Source: Patescibacteria group bacterium | GTDB taxonomy: Bacteria > Patescibacteriota > Patescibacteriia > UBA9570 > JAHJKD01 | Assembly (NCBI GenBank): GCA_018822435.1 | Contig: JAHJKD010000003.1 | Span: 1,208-65,207 of the forward strand | Length of the DNA stretch: 64,000 bases | Reading direction: 5' to 3' | Shown here: piece by piece, positions 63,789 through 64,000 of the stretch | Numbering within the stretch: the first letter of the stretch is position 1 | Layout of the letters: each line of letters begins with the position of its first letter | Program-made: the position numbers and the translations under genes | Notes under the pieces: model-generated | Told to the model about the DNA's origin: nothing | Databases searched by the model: none | What the model saw: only the letters and a program-made list of their open reading frames with translations

Positions 63789-64000
63789 GCTTTATTTTCT
63801 TTATTTTTTATTCCTTGCTTAAAAATAACTTCTAAGACAATTAATGTCAGGATGCATCCCATGCCCGCCATAACCAAATCATTGGCTGTATCCATTCCAT
63901 CACCGAGCCGGTTTGAACCAGTAAAGACATCTTCCAGATATTCTTCAATTTCATAAACTACGCCCAAAGTGAGGGCAGCAGAAAAAATAAAAAGGTTTTT
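63785..64000 (-). CDS. Paralog of the preceding membrane protein (5' end beyond the window)
   Basis: Shares the block YEIEEYLEDVFTGSNRLGDGMDTANDL. The ORF runs off the window edge. Confidence 0.35.
   Translation of the reverse strand, partial: KNLFIFSAALTLGVVYEIEEYLEDVFTGSNRLGDGMDTANDLVMAGMGCILTLIVLEVIFKQGIKNKENKA

Noticed and set aside
1-64000. Alternative genetic code (for example UGA recoding) suggested by the CPR-like character
   Set aside because: All long conserved genes read through to expected lengths with standard stops. There is no sign of in-frame TGA or TAG within conserved domains.

Overview
Low-G+C bacterial chromosome segment with compact, often overlapping genes; the gene content and a PriA that appears to lack the Walker A motif suggest a CPR-like or other reduced-genome bacterium (inference). 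Two housekeeping blocks bracket a ~17 kb accessory region (~5.1-22.8 kb). The first (1-5.1 kb) is a minus-strand operon of envelope and secreted proteins. The second (23-64 kb) carries NAD de novo synthesis genes, gatB, a complete pyr operon, miaB-like, malic enzyme, thrS, dnaE, an FtsW/RodA homologue, L25, fmt-def and priA. The accessory region has the architecture of an integron. A compact tyrosine recombinase (21918..22739, +) faces away from an array of minus-strand gene cassettes. The cassettes are separated by a family of ~90-130 bp structured repeats whose 7-bp terminal boxes fit RYYYAAC/GTTRRRY. The box at the end of one repeat is the exact reverse complement of the box at the start of the next at every intact junction (5 of 5). 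The 11-bp stems of the repeats keep their pairing through compensatory substitutions. Cassettes carry a small membrane protein, a GNAT acetyltransferase, a DUF711 protein, a ~10 kb defence block, a SAM methyltransferase, a second peptide deformylase, and a Fic/FicA toxin-antitoxin pair nested between two half-sites. The defence block holds a GmrSD-like type IV enzyme, an HTH protein, type I R-M hsdRMS, a membrane-anchored TPR protein and a 4-Cys PD-(D/E)XK nuclease. The recombinase appears to lack the long insertion typical of IntI, so this may be an undescribed integron-like platform driven by a Xer-like recombinase. Other points: a high-G+C foreign island (5.56-6.65 kb), a high-G+C Cys-rich lipoprotein gene beside a CPBP protease, two inverted tandem hairpin-repeat arrays at the ends of the defence block, a REP-like palindrome family (TTTTGTAG...CTACAAAA), and an extra OTCase-like carbamoyltransferase inside the pyr operon. 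No rRNA, tRNA or CRISPR genes were recognised.
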